DNA from: SAR202 cluster bacterium AC-647-P02_OGT_505m
GTDB lineage: Bacteria > Chloroflexota > Dehalococcoidia > Lucifugimonadales > UBA826
Length of the DNA: 64,000 bases
Direction: 5' to 3'
NCBI GenBank assembly: GCA_009391195.1
Contig: VEXB01000001.1
Span: forward strand, 102,232 to 166,231
Below, piece by piece: positions 9,682-18,532 of this stretch. Numbering within the stretch: position 1 is the stretch's first letter; every line of letters starts with the position of its first letter. Position numbers and translations under genes: made by a program. A model generated the notes under the pieces. It saw only the letters and a list, made by a program, of their open reading frames with translations. It ran no database searches and was not told the origin of the DNA.

Positions 9682-10788
9682 TCAAAATCCTTCCAGTCTC
9701 AGTTGCATGGCGTCTTGAGAATTTTCAAGCGAATCGAATCCCGATACCCCAACACCTATCAACCTGTAGGAGTTTTTTTGATTTAACTCCTGACTGAGTA
9801 GGTCGATGGCAATATCCGCTATTTCTGAAGAAAGTTGAACTGGCTCAGTAACCGAACGCTGTCTAGTAACTGTGACGAAATCAGAAGACCTCAACTTGAG
9901 TTTAACTGTCTTTCCTCTCACCCCTCTAGATGATAAAGATACGCCAACATCATTGCTGAGTCGGATGACAATTTCTCGCAATATCTCGGGATCCTCTGAG
10001 TCATCTACCAGGGTAGTTTCCGAACTAAATGATTTTCGCTGACGGTGTGTAATCACAGGTCTGGGGTCCTCTCCAAGACACATATTTCTCACAGACCTAC
10101 CGTTGGATCCAAAATTAGATTCAAACCACGATATATCTCTTATTGCCAATTCTCCAATCGTATTAATCCCATAGGAATTCAGCCGCTCCATGGTCTTCGG
10201 TCCGATACCCCAAATAGATTGAACAGGCAATGGAGATAAAAATTGTCTTTCAGTCCCCGGTCTCACAACAGTTATGCCATCTGGTTTATTCATATCGGAT
10301 GCAATTTTGGACACACATTTCGACGTGCCCACACCCACAGATATCGTCAGAGAAAGCTCATCCCAAACTCTCTTCCTGAGTGCCTGGGCTATCAATGGCG
10401 GAGTGATTTCACTAGTTTCGCACTCAGTGACGTCCAGATATGCCTCGTCTAAGGAGAGAGACTCGACTAATGGAGTTATGCTACGGAATATGTCCATAAC
10501 CTTGCTAGATACAGATCGATAAATTTCGAATCTGGCTGGTCTACGAACAAGTTGGGGACAAAGCCTATAAGCCCTGCTCATAGGAATTGCAGAACGTATC
10601 CCGAATGTTCTTGCTTCGTAGGAAGCGGATGCCACTACCCCTCTATTTTCAGGCTTACCTCCTACGACAACAGGTTTACCGTTTAATTCTGGGTAATCTC
10701 TTTGTTCAACTGAAGCATAAAACGCATCGAAGTCAGCATGAATTATCGCTTTGTACTGTTCAGATAAACGTAGGTCATCAGTAGGCAT
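9682..10788 (-). CDS. dinB: DNA polymerase IV (Y-family translesion polymerase)
   Basis: 368 aa. IIHADFDAFYASVEQRD and SLDEAYLDVT are the Y-family catalytic motifs, and the helix-hairpin-helix WGIGPKT is present. Confidence 0.9.
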   Translation of the reverse strand: MPTDDLRLSEQYKAIIHADFDAFYASVEQRDYPELNGKPVVVGGKPENRGVVASASYEARTFGIRSAIPMSRAYRLCPQLVRRPARFEIYRSVSSKVMDIFRSITPLVESLSLDEAYLDVTECETSEITPPLIAQALRKRVWDELSLTISVGVGTSKCVSKIASDMNKPDGITVVRPGTERQFLSPLPVQSIWGIGPKTMERLNSYGINTIGELAIRDISWFESNFGSNGRSVRNMCLGEDPRPVITHRQRKSFSSETTLVDDSEDPEILREIVIRLSNDVGVSLSSRGVRGKTVKLKLRSSDFVTVTRQRSVTEPVQLSSEIADIAIDLLSQELNQKNSYRLIGVGVSGFDSLENSQDAMQLRLEGF

Positions 10789-10796
10789 GGCTACGT

Positions 10797-11690
10797 TTAG
10801 CCAATGGACTGAATAATTCTTTCGATGGTTGTGTTCTTGAAATTGTTTAGGTCATCCGCATCTTTGAGCAAAGTACCGATCGTTTGAGATACAACTTCTG
10901 GGTCCAAATGGTCCATATGCAGAGCAACCATAGCTGTGGTCCAATCTAACGTTTCAGAGACTCCAGGATTTCTTCCAAGTCCCTCTGTTCGTGTTGCCTG
11001 CACGAATTCACATACCTGACGGGCAAGCTGTTCAGAGACCCCCTCCACTTTTTTTCGAACTATTTGAAGCTCTTTTTGTAGCTCTGGATAATCGACCCAT
11101 AGATATAGGCACCTTCTTCTTAAAGCATCCGATAAATCACGGGTCCTGTTAGAAGTGAGTATCACAAGTGGTTTATTTGATGCTTTAATCGTTCCAAGCT
11201 CTGGTATTGTTACTTGAAATTCGGAAAGAAGCTCCAACAAAAACGCCTCAAATTCTTCGTCAGCCCTATCAACTTCATCAATCAGCAATACGGGCGATTT
11301 TTCCTTGGTCAAAGCTGATAAAAGAGGTCTTTCGAGTAAAAACTGTCTCCCGAATATTTCTGTTTCCATTTCATTGGGAGACAGTTTTCCACTTTCATTC
11401 ATTCGAATCCATAAAAGCTGTTTCGGATAATTCCATTCATACAGAGCCGCATTTACATCTAAGCCTTCATAACATTGAAGTCTTATTAGTTCGGTATCCA
11501 GTAACTCTGACATGGTGGTTGCAATTTGAGTTTTACCTACCCCTGCCCTACCTTCTATGAGTAGCGGTCTCTGGAGCACCTGAGCCAAGTGGAGAGAAGT
11601 AGCGATCGCTGGATCAGCCACATAATCAAGGTTATTCAAATTCTCAACCAGATTAGTAACTTCGTCGGAGTTGTTATACCCGATGGTCAT
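10797..11690 (-). CDS. MoxR-like AAA+ ATPase (CoxD-like context)
   Basis: Walker A GRAGVGKTQ, Walker B LLIDEVDRA and the RRRC sensor region are present. The listed ORF starts at a TTG (11708). The ATG at 11690 follows GAGGAAAG and is the more likely start. Confidence 0.8.
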   Translation of the reverse strand: MTIGYNNSDEVTNLVENLNNLDYVADPAIATSLHLAQVLQRPLLIEGRAGVGKTQIATTMSELLDTELIRLQCYEGLDVNAALYEWNYPKQLLWIRMNESGKLSPNEMETEIFGRQFLLERPLLSALTKEKSPVLLIDEVDRADEEFEAFLLELLSEFQVTIPELGTIKASNKPLVILTSNRTRDLSDALRRRCLYLWVDYPELQKELQIVRKKVEGVSEQLARQVCEFVQATRTEGLGRNPGVSETLDWTTAMVALHMDHLDPEVVSQTIGTLLKDADDLNNFKNTTIERIIQSIG

Positions 11691-11786
11691 AATATGATCT
11701 TTCCTCAAAAAAACATCTACCCTGCCCTAGCCATGTGGCCAAAGGCAGGGCAGACGGTGATTTATTAGATGCGTTAATAAGCAATC

Positions 11787-14132
11787 TTACGCGTCAGAAT
11801 CTCGAATAATCCTCCAAACTTTCTCAGCCTTCGCAGGCATATCGATATGCTTTACGCCATAAGGCTCAAGCGCGTCTACCACAGCGTTTATTACGGCAGG
11901 AGAACCAGCTATAGTAGCGGTTTCACCAGCGCCCTTTACACCCATGGGATTAACAGGTGAAGGTGTAACAGTGCGGTCAAGTTCATACATAGGCATATCA
12001 GAGGCCCTAGGTACCGCGTAATCCATCATACTCCCTGTCAATAGCTGTCCTGTTCCATCATAAATCGCCTCTTCTTGAAGCGCCTGCCCAACTCCTTGTG
12101 CTGCTCCTCCATGGACCATACCGTCCACTATCAAGGGGTTTATTACGTTCCCGACATCGTCGACAGCGATATATCGAAGCAAGGTAACTTCCCCAGTGGA
12201 TTTATCAATTTCTACCACTGCGATATGGGTACCACCAGGCCATGTAAAGTTCTTAGGATCGAAAAAGCTCATTGCCTCTAGTCCTGGTTCCATGTCTTCT
12301 GGAATATCCTCAGTGTAGTAATAGGAGGCCAAAGCAATTTCCTGGATAGTTTTTCCCTCAGATGGGGCACCTCTCACAAATAATTTCCCATCCTCAAATT
12401 CAATGTCCTCTTCCGAAGCTTCAAGAATATGGGCTGCCAGCTTCTTAGCTTTTTCCTTTATTTTCGTGGTACTCATATGGATGGCACCTCCACCCACAGC
12501 AGCGCTTCTGCTACCGAATGATCCCGTGCCCATTTGGATCTGAGATGTGTCACCGTGAATTACGTCTATATCCTCCACAGGTATACCCAACTCAGAGGAA
12601 ACTAACTGAGCAAAGGCCGTCTCATGACCTTGTCCATGAGATGATGAACCTGTAAAGACTGACACTTTACCGGTCATGTGTATTCTCACATTAGCGCTCT
12701 CCCATAACCCCGCTCTTGCACCCAATGTACCTGCTACTGCAGAGGGAGCCGCCCCACAAATTTCCACGTAGGCAGACAAACCTATACCGAGAAGTTTTCC
12801 TTGTTCTCTCGCCTCTTGCTGTTCTTTCCTAAAGTCAGAGTATCCAACCATTTCAAGGGCTCTATCGAAAGAGGCAATGTAATTTCCGCTGTCATAGCTA
12901 ACCGTAGTGGCTACTTCATATCCGTCCTCAAAAGGAGGAATGAAATTCAATTTTCTAACTTCAGCGGGATCCATGCCAATTTCTTGTGCAAAAAGATCAA
13001 CCGCTCTCTCAACAGCATAAGTTGCCTCAGGCCTACCGGCTCCTCTATAGGCATCAACCGGCGTGGTATTGGTAAACGGAGCAATCACTTTGCAATAGAT
13101 GTTGGGAATTTTGTAGGGTCCCGACAACATAAGTCCATATAGCCACGTCGGAATTAAAGGAGCAAAGGTTGATAGGTAGGCTCCCATATTAGCTAGCGTC
13201 CTGACATCGAGTCCCGTTATCGTGCCATCCTTATTACCAGCAATTGCGATATCAGTAATATGATCACGTCCGTGGGTCGTAGCCAGATAACCTTCAGATC
13301 GAGACTCAATCCATTTGACAGGCCTCTTAAGGTTCTTTGCAATTATCGGTGCTATCACCTCTTCGGCGTATAGATATAGTTTGCTTCCAAATGCCCCCCC
13401 AACATCAGGAGCTATCACTCTTATTAAGTGTTCAGGATGGCCGGTGACTAAGGCCAATAAAACTCTTACCAAGTGAGGTATTTGCGTGGAAGTCCACATT
13501 GTTAACTGGTCGGTTCCCGAATTGTAATCCACCACTACACCACGATTTTCCATCGCAGTCGGAATTAATCGCTGATTTACAAATCTCTGGGTTACCACAA
13601 CATCAGAAGAGGACTTGGCCTCTGAAATACTTCCAGCATCAACTTCCCATTCAAAGGCAGTGTTGTTTGGTGCATCTTCATGAAGTTGTACCGCACCGTC
13701 CGCCAAGGCGTCGTTCATATCTATAACTGCATCCAATTCCTCATATTCCACGTCAATAACTGAAGCGCCATCTGAAGCCTGGGCGGCAGACTCTGCCAAA
13801 ACAGCAACTACAGCGTCCCCAACATATCTAACCCGATCAACAGCTAGCGGAGGATGAGGAACTTCTTTTGTATCTGGTACCACCCATCCGCAGGGAAGGG
13901 AGCCAAGCTCCTCCTTGAGATCCTCACCTGTAAATACAGCGATCACTCCCGGAGACTTCAAAGCTTCAGCGGTGTCTATCGACTTAATCAAAGCATGTGC
14001 TAAGGGGCTACGAACCAAAACCATATGGAGCATGCCAGTCAGAGTCACATCTTCTACATACGTCCCCTGACCTGTTATCAGACGGGGGTCTTCTTTTCTC
14101 TTTAGTGCTGCACCAAATGCCGCAGTAGTCAT
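11787..14132 (-). CDS. Molybdopterin-binding large subunit of the xanthine dehydrogenase / CO-dehydrogenase family (form II CoxL-like)
   Basis: The active-site loop VDAYRGAGRPE (AYRGAGR) is the form II signature rather than form I AYxCSFR. The likely start is the ATG at 14132 (MTTAAFGAALKRKEDPRLITGQGTY), preceded by GGAGAGG. The listed ORF extends 30 codons further upstream. Confidence 0.85.
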   Translation of the reverse strand: MTTAAFGAALKRKEDPRLITGQGTYVEDVTLTGMLHMVLVRSPLAHALIKSIDTAEALKSPGVIAVFTGEDLKEELGSLPCGWVVPDTKEVPHPPLAVDRVRYVGDAVVAVLAESAAQASDGASVIDVEYEELDAVIDMNDALADGAVQLHEDAPNNTAFEWEVDAGSISEAKSSSDVVVTQRFVNQRLIPTAMENRGVVVDYNSGTDQLTMWTSTQIPHLVRVLLALVTGHPEHLIRVIAPDVGGAFGSKLYLYAEEVIAPIIAKNLKRPVKWIESRSEGYLATTHGRDHITDIAIAGNKDGTITGLDVRTLANMGAYLSTFAPLIPTWLYGLMLSGPYKIPNIYCKVIAPFTNTTPVDAYRGAGRPEATYAVERAVDLFAQEIGMDPAEVRKLNFIPPFEDGYEVATTVSYDSGNYIASFDRALEMVGYSDFRKEQQEAREQGKLLGIGLSAYVEICGAAPSAVAGTLGARAGLWESANVRIHMTGKVSVFTGSSSHGQGHETAFAQLVSSELGIPVEDIDVIHGDTSQIQMGTGSFGSRSAAVGGGAIHMSTTKIKEKAKKLAAHILEASEEDIEFEDGKLFVRGAPSEGKTIQEIALASYYYTEDIPEDMEPGLEAMSFFDPKNFTWPGGTHIAVVEIDKSTGEVTLLRYIAVDDVGNVINPLIVDGMVHGGAAQGVGQALQEEAIYDGTGQLLTGSMMDYAVPRASDMPMYELDRTVTPSPVNPMGVKGAGETATIAGSPAVINAVVDALEPYGVKHIDMPAKAEKVWRIIRDSDA

Positions 14133-14393
14133 GGAATTCACCTCTCCTGAATCACCAATTTCTCTTATACTTCCATACCGCCCGGTCGTTGACAGAGCTA
14201 AGCCAGTGTCAACTTCAAGCATTCAACGAACTGCAACTGAACCAAAAACCTAGCCGAATATTACTATGACCTTTATGTGCAGCTCGAGCGTAATGTATAT
14301 CAGAAATAACTACTATTCAACTGAACAACTAATACTCAGGAATAGCGCAGACTTGTTTAAGCAGGCATGTCATTTTCCAAAGTTACAGAAGTG

Positions 14394-14422
14394 TTGACTA
14401 TTTAGTGGTTCCACTATAGACT
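14394..14422 (+). promoter_or_regulatory. Candidate rpoBC promoter
   Basis: TTGACT (14394-14399) is followed by either TATAGA at 15-nt spacing or TAGACT at 17-nt spacing (14417-14422), about 160 nt upstream of rpoB. This is pattern matching only. Confidence 0.3.
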
Positions 14423-14477
14423 TTCTAGTGTGGTCGAAATGCGCCTCCCGTCCATTTATTATCGTCTTAAGACAACT

Positions 14478-14498
14478 GCGCCTCCGGGCGTCTTTTTT
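14478..14498 (+). promoter_or_regulatory. Terminator-like hairpin plus T-run in the rpoB leader (possible attenuator)
   Basis: GCGCC-TCCG-GGCGT (5 bp including one G-U pair), then C and TTTTTT, about 85 nt upstream of the rpoB ATG. No plus-strand gene lies upstream that it could terminate. Confidence 0.25.
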
Positions 14499-14580
14499 AT
14501 TTTCATCTCAATTATTCGGGTAATTAAGGCCTCTGCTTCGAAAAAACCCATAATCACTTCATGAAGGGGTGTGAGTTCTG

Positions 14581-17500
14581 ATGACATCTTCTGCTACCAA
14601 AAACAACGTTGAGATATTTCCCGTAACAAAGTCTTTTTCTAAGATCAGTAAGGTTTTGGATGTACCAGACCTGATCGATGTTCAAAAAGACTCCTTTGAT
14701 TGGTTCACAAAAAGAGGTTTAACTGATCTATTTGAAGAAATATCCCCAATAGAGGACAACCAGGGTCAAAACTCACGCTTTGCGCTTAAGTTTATTGATC
14801 ACGACTTTGAGGAACCCAACTTTTCTGAAGAAACATGCAGGTCACAAGAGAAAACTTTTGACGCCTCGATGTATGTCACTGTAGAACTTCAAATTAACGC
14901 TGCTGGGCCGGGACAAGGTGAAGTTAAAGAACAGAGGTTATATGTCGGAAATATACCCATGATGACTTCTGCGGGTACCTTCATCATCAACGGTGCCGAG
15001 CGAGTTGTAGTTAGCCAGTTAGTTCGTTCCCCTGGTGTTTATTTCAGTGAAGACAGAGATCCAGGTTCAGGTCGTCCACTTGCAGCGGCAAAACTGATTC
15101 CTTATCGTGGCGCGTGGATGGAATTTGAAACGAGCAATCGTGATGTCATCTACGTAAAAGTAGATAGGAAGAGAAAAACGCCGGTTACAACGTTGTTGAG
15201 GGCACTCGGATACGAGACCAATGAAGAAATACTTGAATTGTTTGAAGATGTAGATACAAATCTCGATCACCAGTTCATGAAAACCACGATTGATAAAGAC
15301 GCTGCGGTCACAAACACTGAAGAGGCTTTGATCGAATTCTATAGAAGATTACGACCGGGTGAGCCGCCTAACGCTGAAAATGCTCGTGGTCTCATAAACA
15401 CCTTGTTTTTTGACTCCCGCCGATATGATCTGGGCAAAGTTGGCCGCTATAAACTCGACAGTGTATTAAAAGGCCCAGAAAATGCCGACAGAGACGGCGA
15501 ACCAGATGACAGGATATTGGACAAAGAAGACATTATTAACCTACTTAGGCGCCTTATCCAGATTAACAATGAAGAAAGAAGGGCCAATGATATAGATCAC
15601 TTAGGCAATAGGAGAGTCCGCGCAGTCGGTGAGCTTATTCAAAATCAGGTCAGAGTTGGACTACTCAGAATGGAAAGAGTCATTAAAGAAAGAATGACCA
15701 TTCAGGCCGATCCAGCTAGTACAACTCCAGCCGCCTTAATAAACGTTAGGCCTGTTGTAGCCGCTGTACGAGAATTCTTTGGCGGCTCTCAATTGTCACA
15801 ATTCATGGATCAAGCTAATCCACTGGCAGAGCTCACCCACAAAAGAAGATTGTCGGCATTAGGTCCAGGAGGATTATCCAGAGAACGTGCGGGTTTTGAT
15901 GTTAGGGATGTGCACCACTCTCATTACGGAAGAATCTGCCCTATCGAGACGCCAGAGGGTCCAAACATTGGGCTGTTAGTTTCTCTCGCAACATACGCCA
16001 AAACTAATGCTTTTGGTTTTATAGAAACCCCATACAGAAAAGTGTTGAATGAAATTAACAACGGAACTCCGGAATCTCTTATTGGACACACCCCTATAAC
16101 TGATCTGAAAGCTGATGACGGCCGAACCATAGTCAGGTCTGGCACAGAAATCACAGTCAGAACTGCCGGAAGAATCTCCGGCCAATCGCACATCAAACGC
16201 ATCGAAGTGAAGCCGTTTGTGTCCAAGTCAATTAACGATATCGTCCATCTCACGGCCGACGAAGAAGAAAACTATTTTATCGCACAAGCTAACTCAGCCA
16301 TTAATGATGCCGGCCAATTTATCGAAGATAGAGTTGAAACCCGAAATGGTGAAGAGGTGAGCATGGAGTCGACTGGGGATGTGGCGTACATGGATGTTTC
16401 GCCGCTTCAGCTGGTCAGCGTGTCTACTTCTTTAATTCCTTTTCTTGAACATGACGACGCTAACAGAGCTTTGATGGGCTCTAACATGCAAAGACAGGCA
16501 GTTCCCCTCTTGAAGCCTGAGTTCCCGTTAGTGGGAACAGGCATGGAGGAAAGGGTCGCCAAAGATAGCGGCCAAGTGGTACTGGCGAAAGTTAGTGGAA
16601 TGGTGACCAGTGTCACCGGAACAAACATAGAAATAACAGATGAAAAAGACAAAATCCATGATCACAAACTCATAAAGTTCCATCGAAGTAACCAAGGCAC
16701 CTGTATAAATCAAAGGCCCATAGTTAATAAATTCACCTCTGTAAAGGAGGGAGACGTATTGGCTGATGGATCTTCTACAGACGCAGGAAAACTCGCGCTT
16801 GGTCAAAACGTTCTAGCCGCGTTCATGACGTGGGAAGGGTACAACTTTGAAGATGCCATTATTATAAGCAATAGGCTTATAAAGGAAGATAAGTTCACAT
16901 CCATACACGTAGAGAAACACGAAATTGAGGCACGGGATACAAAATTAGGCCCAGAAGAGATAACTAGGGATATCCCAAACATTGGGGAAGAAAGTCTTCG
17001 AAACCTTGATGAGGACGGGATAATACGTATTGGAGCTGAGGTGAGTAATAGGGACATACTGGTGGGGAAAATCACTCCAAAAGGTGAAACTGAACTCAGT
17101 GCCGAGGAAAAGCTGTTAAGAGCAATATTTGGTGAGAAAGCACGCGATGTTAAGGACTCCTCACTGTATGTGCCACATGGTCAAGGTGGAAAGATTATCG
17201 AAGTTAAGATTCTTGAAAGAGAAAACGGCGATGATTTACCTCCAGGTGTCAACAAATTAGTTCGGGTATGGATCGCACAGACTCGTAAAATTACTGAAGG
17301 CGATAAGATGGCAGGGCGCCATGGTAATAAGGGAGTCGTAGCCAAGATACTTCCGGAAGAAGATATGCCCTTCCTTCCTGACGGAACTCCAATAGATATA
17401 ATTCTTAACCCAATTGGGGTACCTTCACGCATGAATCTCGGACAGGTGCTTGAAACCCATCTGGGATGGGCTGCCAAACGACTTGGGTTTAGTGCTGAGA

Positions 17501-18474
17501 CTCCGGTCTTCGATGGAGCCGAAGATACAGCAATCGAAGACGAACTCGCTAAGGCCTGGATCATAGAACAATCAGGTGCTGTACCAGCCACGAGCGCTCT
17601 AGAAAATAACATCGAAAATGTGGATCTTGATTCTATAAGTGACTATTTGGAAAAGCGTGGGTATAGCTTTGATGACATTTTTGTCAACAAAGTTCCAAAT
17701 GCCCCCCGCACGGCTTGTTTAAAGATATGGCTCAGCGAAGTTGCAAACCGTGACTCATCAAATCTGAACGTCGACGAAATGATGGAACTGGCTCTTGAGC
17801 TAAGTAGAGACTTTCAACTGGCTGCGCCAATTCTGGGAAAGTCGATGCTTTTTGACGGTAGAACTGGTGAAGCATTCGATCAGCCTATAACAGTCGGATA
17901 CATTTATATGCTCAAGCTAATACATTTGGTCGAAGATAAAATTCATGCTAGGGCAACAGGTCCATACTCGCTTATCACGCAACAACCCCTTGGCGGAAAA
18001 GCACAAATGGGCGGACAACGATTTGGGGAGATGGAAGTTTGGGCGTTGGAAGCCTACAGTGCGGCCCATAATCTGAGAGAAATGCTTACTATCAAGTCAG
18101 ACGATGAGATTGGCAGAGTTAAAACTTATGAGGCCATCGTAAAAGGTGAGGATGTCGCACAGCCAGGTATACCCCAATCATTCCACGTGCTAATGAAGGA
18201 ACTGCAAAGCTTAGGGCTTTCAGTAGAACTTCAAAATGAAGCGCGTGATGATACGGGTCTGACGGACGAAGACATCTTCTTTGGCCAAACAAATGAATTG
18301 GAAGATCCTCTAGCATTGCTAGAAGGGACAGTGACCACTGAAAATGAAGAAGAGGAAAGCGTATCAACTTCGTCCAAATCTGCTGAAACCGACACTACAA
18401 GTGAGGAATCTCTTGAGTCTTCAGACGCTGGCGTGGCAGAAGATGACCAACCTCTAACAAGTGGAGATAGCTAG
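14581..18474 (+). CDS. rpoB: DNA-directed RNA polymerase subunit beta
   Basis: 1297 aa, with the hallmark strings [51 protein letters not shown] and [28 protein letters not shown]. The ATG is preceded by GAAGGGG. Confidence 0.98.
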   Translation: MTSSATKNNVEIFPVTKSFSKISKVLDVPDLIDVQKDSFDWFTKRGLTDLFEEISPIEDNQGQNSRFALKFIDHDFEEPNFSEETCRSQEKTFDASMYVTVELQINAAGPGQGEVKEQRLYVGNIPMMTSAGTFIINGAERVVVSQLVRSPGVYFSEDRDPGSGRPLAAAKLIPYRGAWMEFETSNRDVIYVKVDRKRKTPVTTLLRALGYETNEEILELFEDVDTNLDHQFMKTTIDKDAAVTNTEEALIEFYRRLRPGEPPNAENARGLINTLFFDSRRYDLGKVGRYKLDSVLKGPENADRDGEPDDRILDKEDIINLLRRLIQINNEERRANDIDHLGNRRVRAVGELIQNQVRVGLLRMERVIKERMTIQADPASTTPAALINVRPVVAAVREFFGGSQLSQFMDQANPLAELTHKRRLSALGPGGLSRERAGFDVRDVHHSHYGRICPIETPEGPNIGLLVSLATYAKTNAFGFIETPYRKVLNEINNGTPESLIGHTPITDLKADDGRTIVRSGTEITVRTAGRISGQSHIKRIEVKPFVSKSINDIVHLTADEEENYFIAQANSAINDAGQFIEDRVETRNGEEVSMESTGDVAYMDVSPLQLVSVSTSLIPFLEHDDANRALMGSNMQRQAVPLLKPEFPLVGTGMEERVAKDSGQVVLAKVSGMVTSVTGTNIEITDEKDKIHDHKLIKFHRSNQGTCINQRPIVNKFTSVKEGDVLADGSSTDAGKLALGQNVLAAFMTWEGYNFEDAIIISNRLIKEDKFTSIHVEKHEIEARDTKLGPEEITRDIPNIGEESLRNLDEDGIIRIGAEVSNRDILVGKITPKGETELSAEEKLLRAIFGEKARDVKDSSLYVPHGQGGKIIEVKILERENGDDLPPGVNKLVRVWIAQTRKITEGDKMAGRHGNKGVVAKILPEEDMPFLPDGTPIDIILNPIGVPSRMNLGQVLETHLGWAAKRLGFSAETPVFDGAEDTAIEDELAKAWIIEQSGAVPATSALENNIENVDLDSISDYLEKRGYSFDDIFVNKVPNAPRTACLKIWLSEVANRDSSNLNVDEMMELALELSRDFQLAAPILGKSMLFDGRTGEAFDQPITVGYIYMLKLIHLVEDKIHARATGPYSLITQQPLGGKAQMGGQRFGEMEVWALEAYSAAHNLREMLTIKSDDEIGRVKTYEAIVKGEDVAQPGIPQSFHVLMKELQSLGLSVELQNEARDDTGLTDEDIFFGQTNELEDPLALLEGTVTTENEEEESVSTSSKSAETDTTSEESLESSDAGVAEDDQPLTSGDS

Positions 18475-18532
18475 AGAATACTCAATTTTCAAAATTGGGT
18501 CGTCGAATATTTATTTCAATGGAGAATGACAA

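Noticed and set aside
14133-14222. Long N-terminal extensions in the ORF track: coxL-like to 14222, ABC ATPase from 25222, nuoB from 42058, nuoC from 42720, nuoN from 50922, Yip1-like from 29221, MoxR to 11708, biotin carrier to 27843
   Set aside because: In each case an internal start gives the family-typical N-terminus, has a better SD or a 1-4-nt coupling overlap, and avoids long overlap with the upstream gene. The extensions are artefacts of taking the longest ORF.
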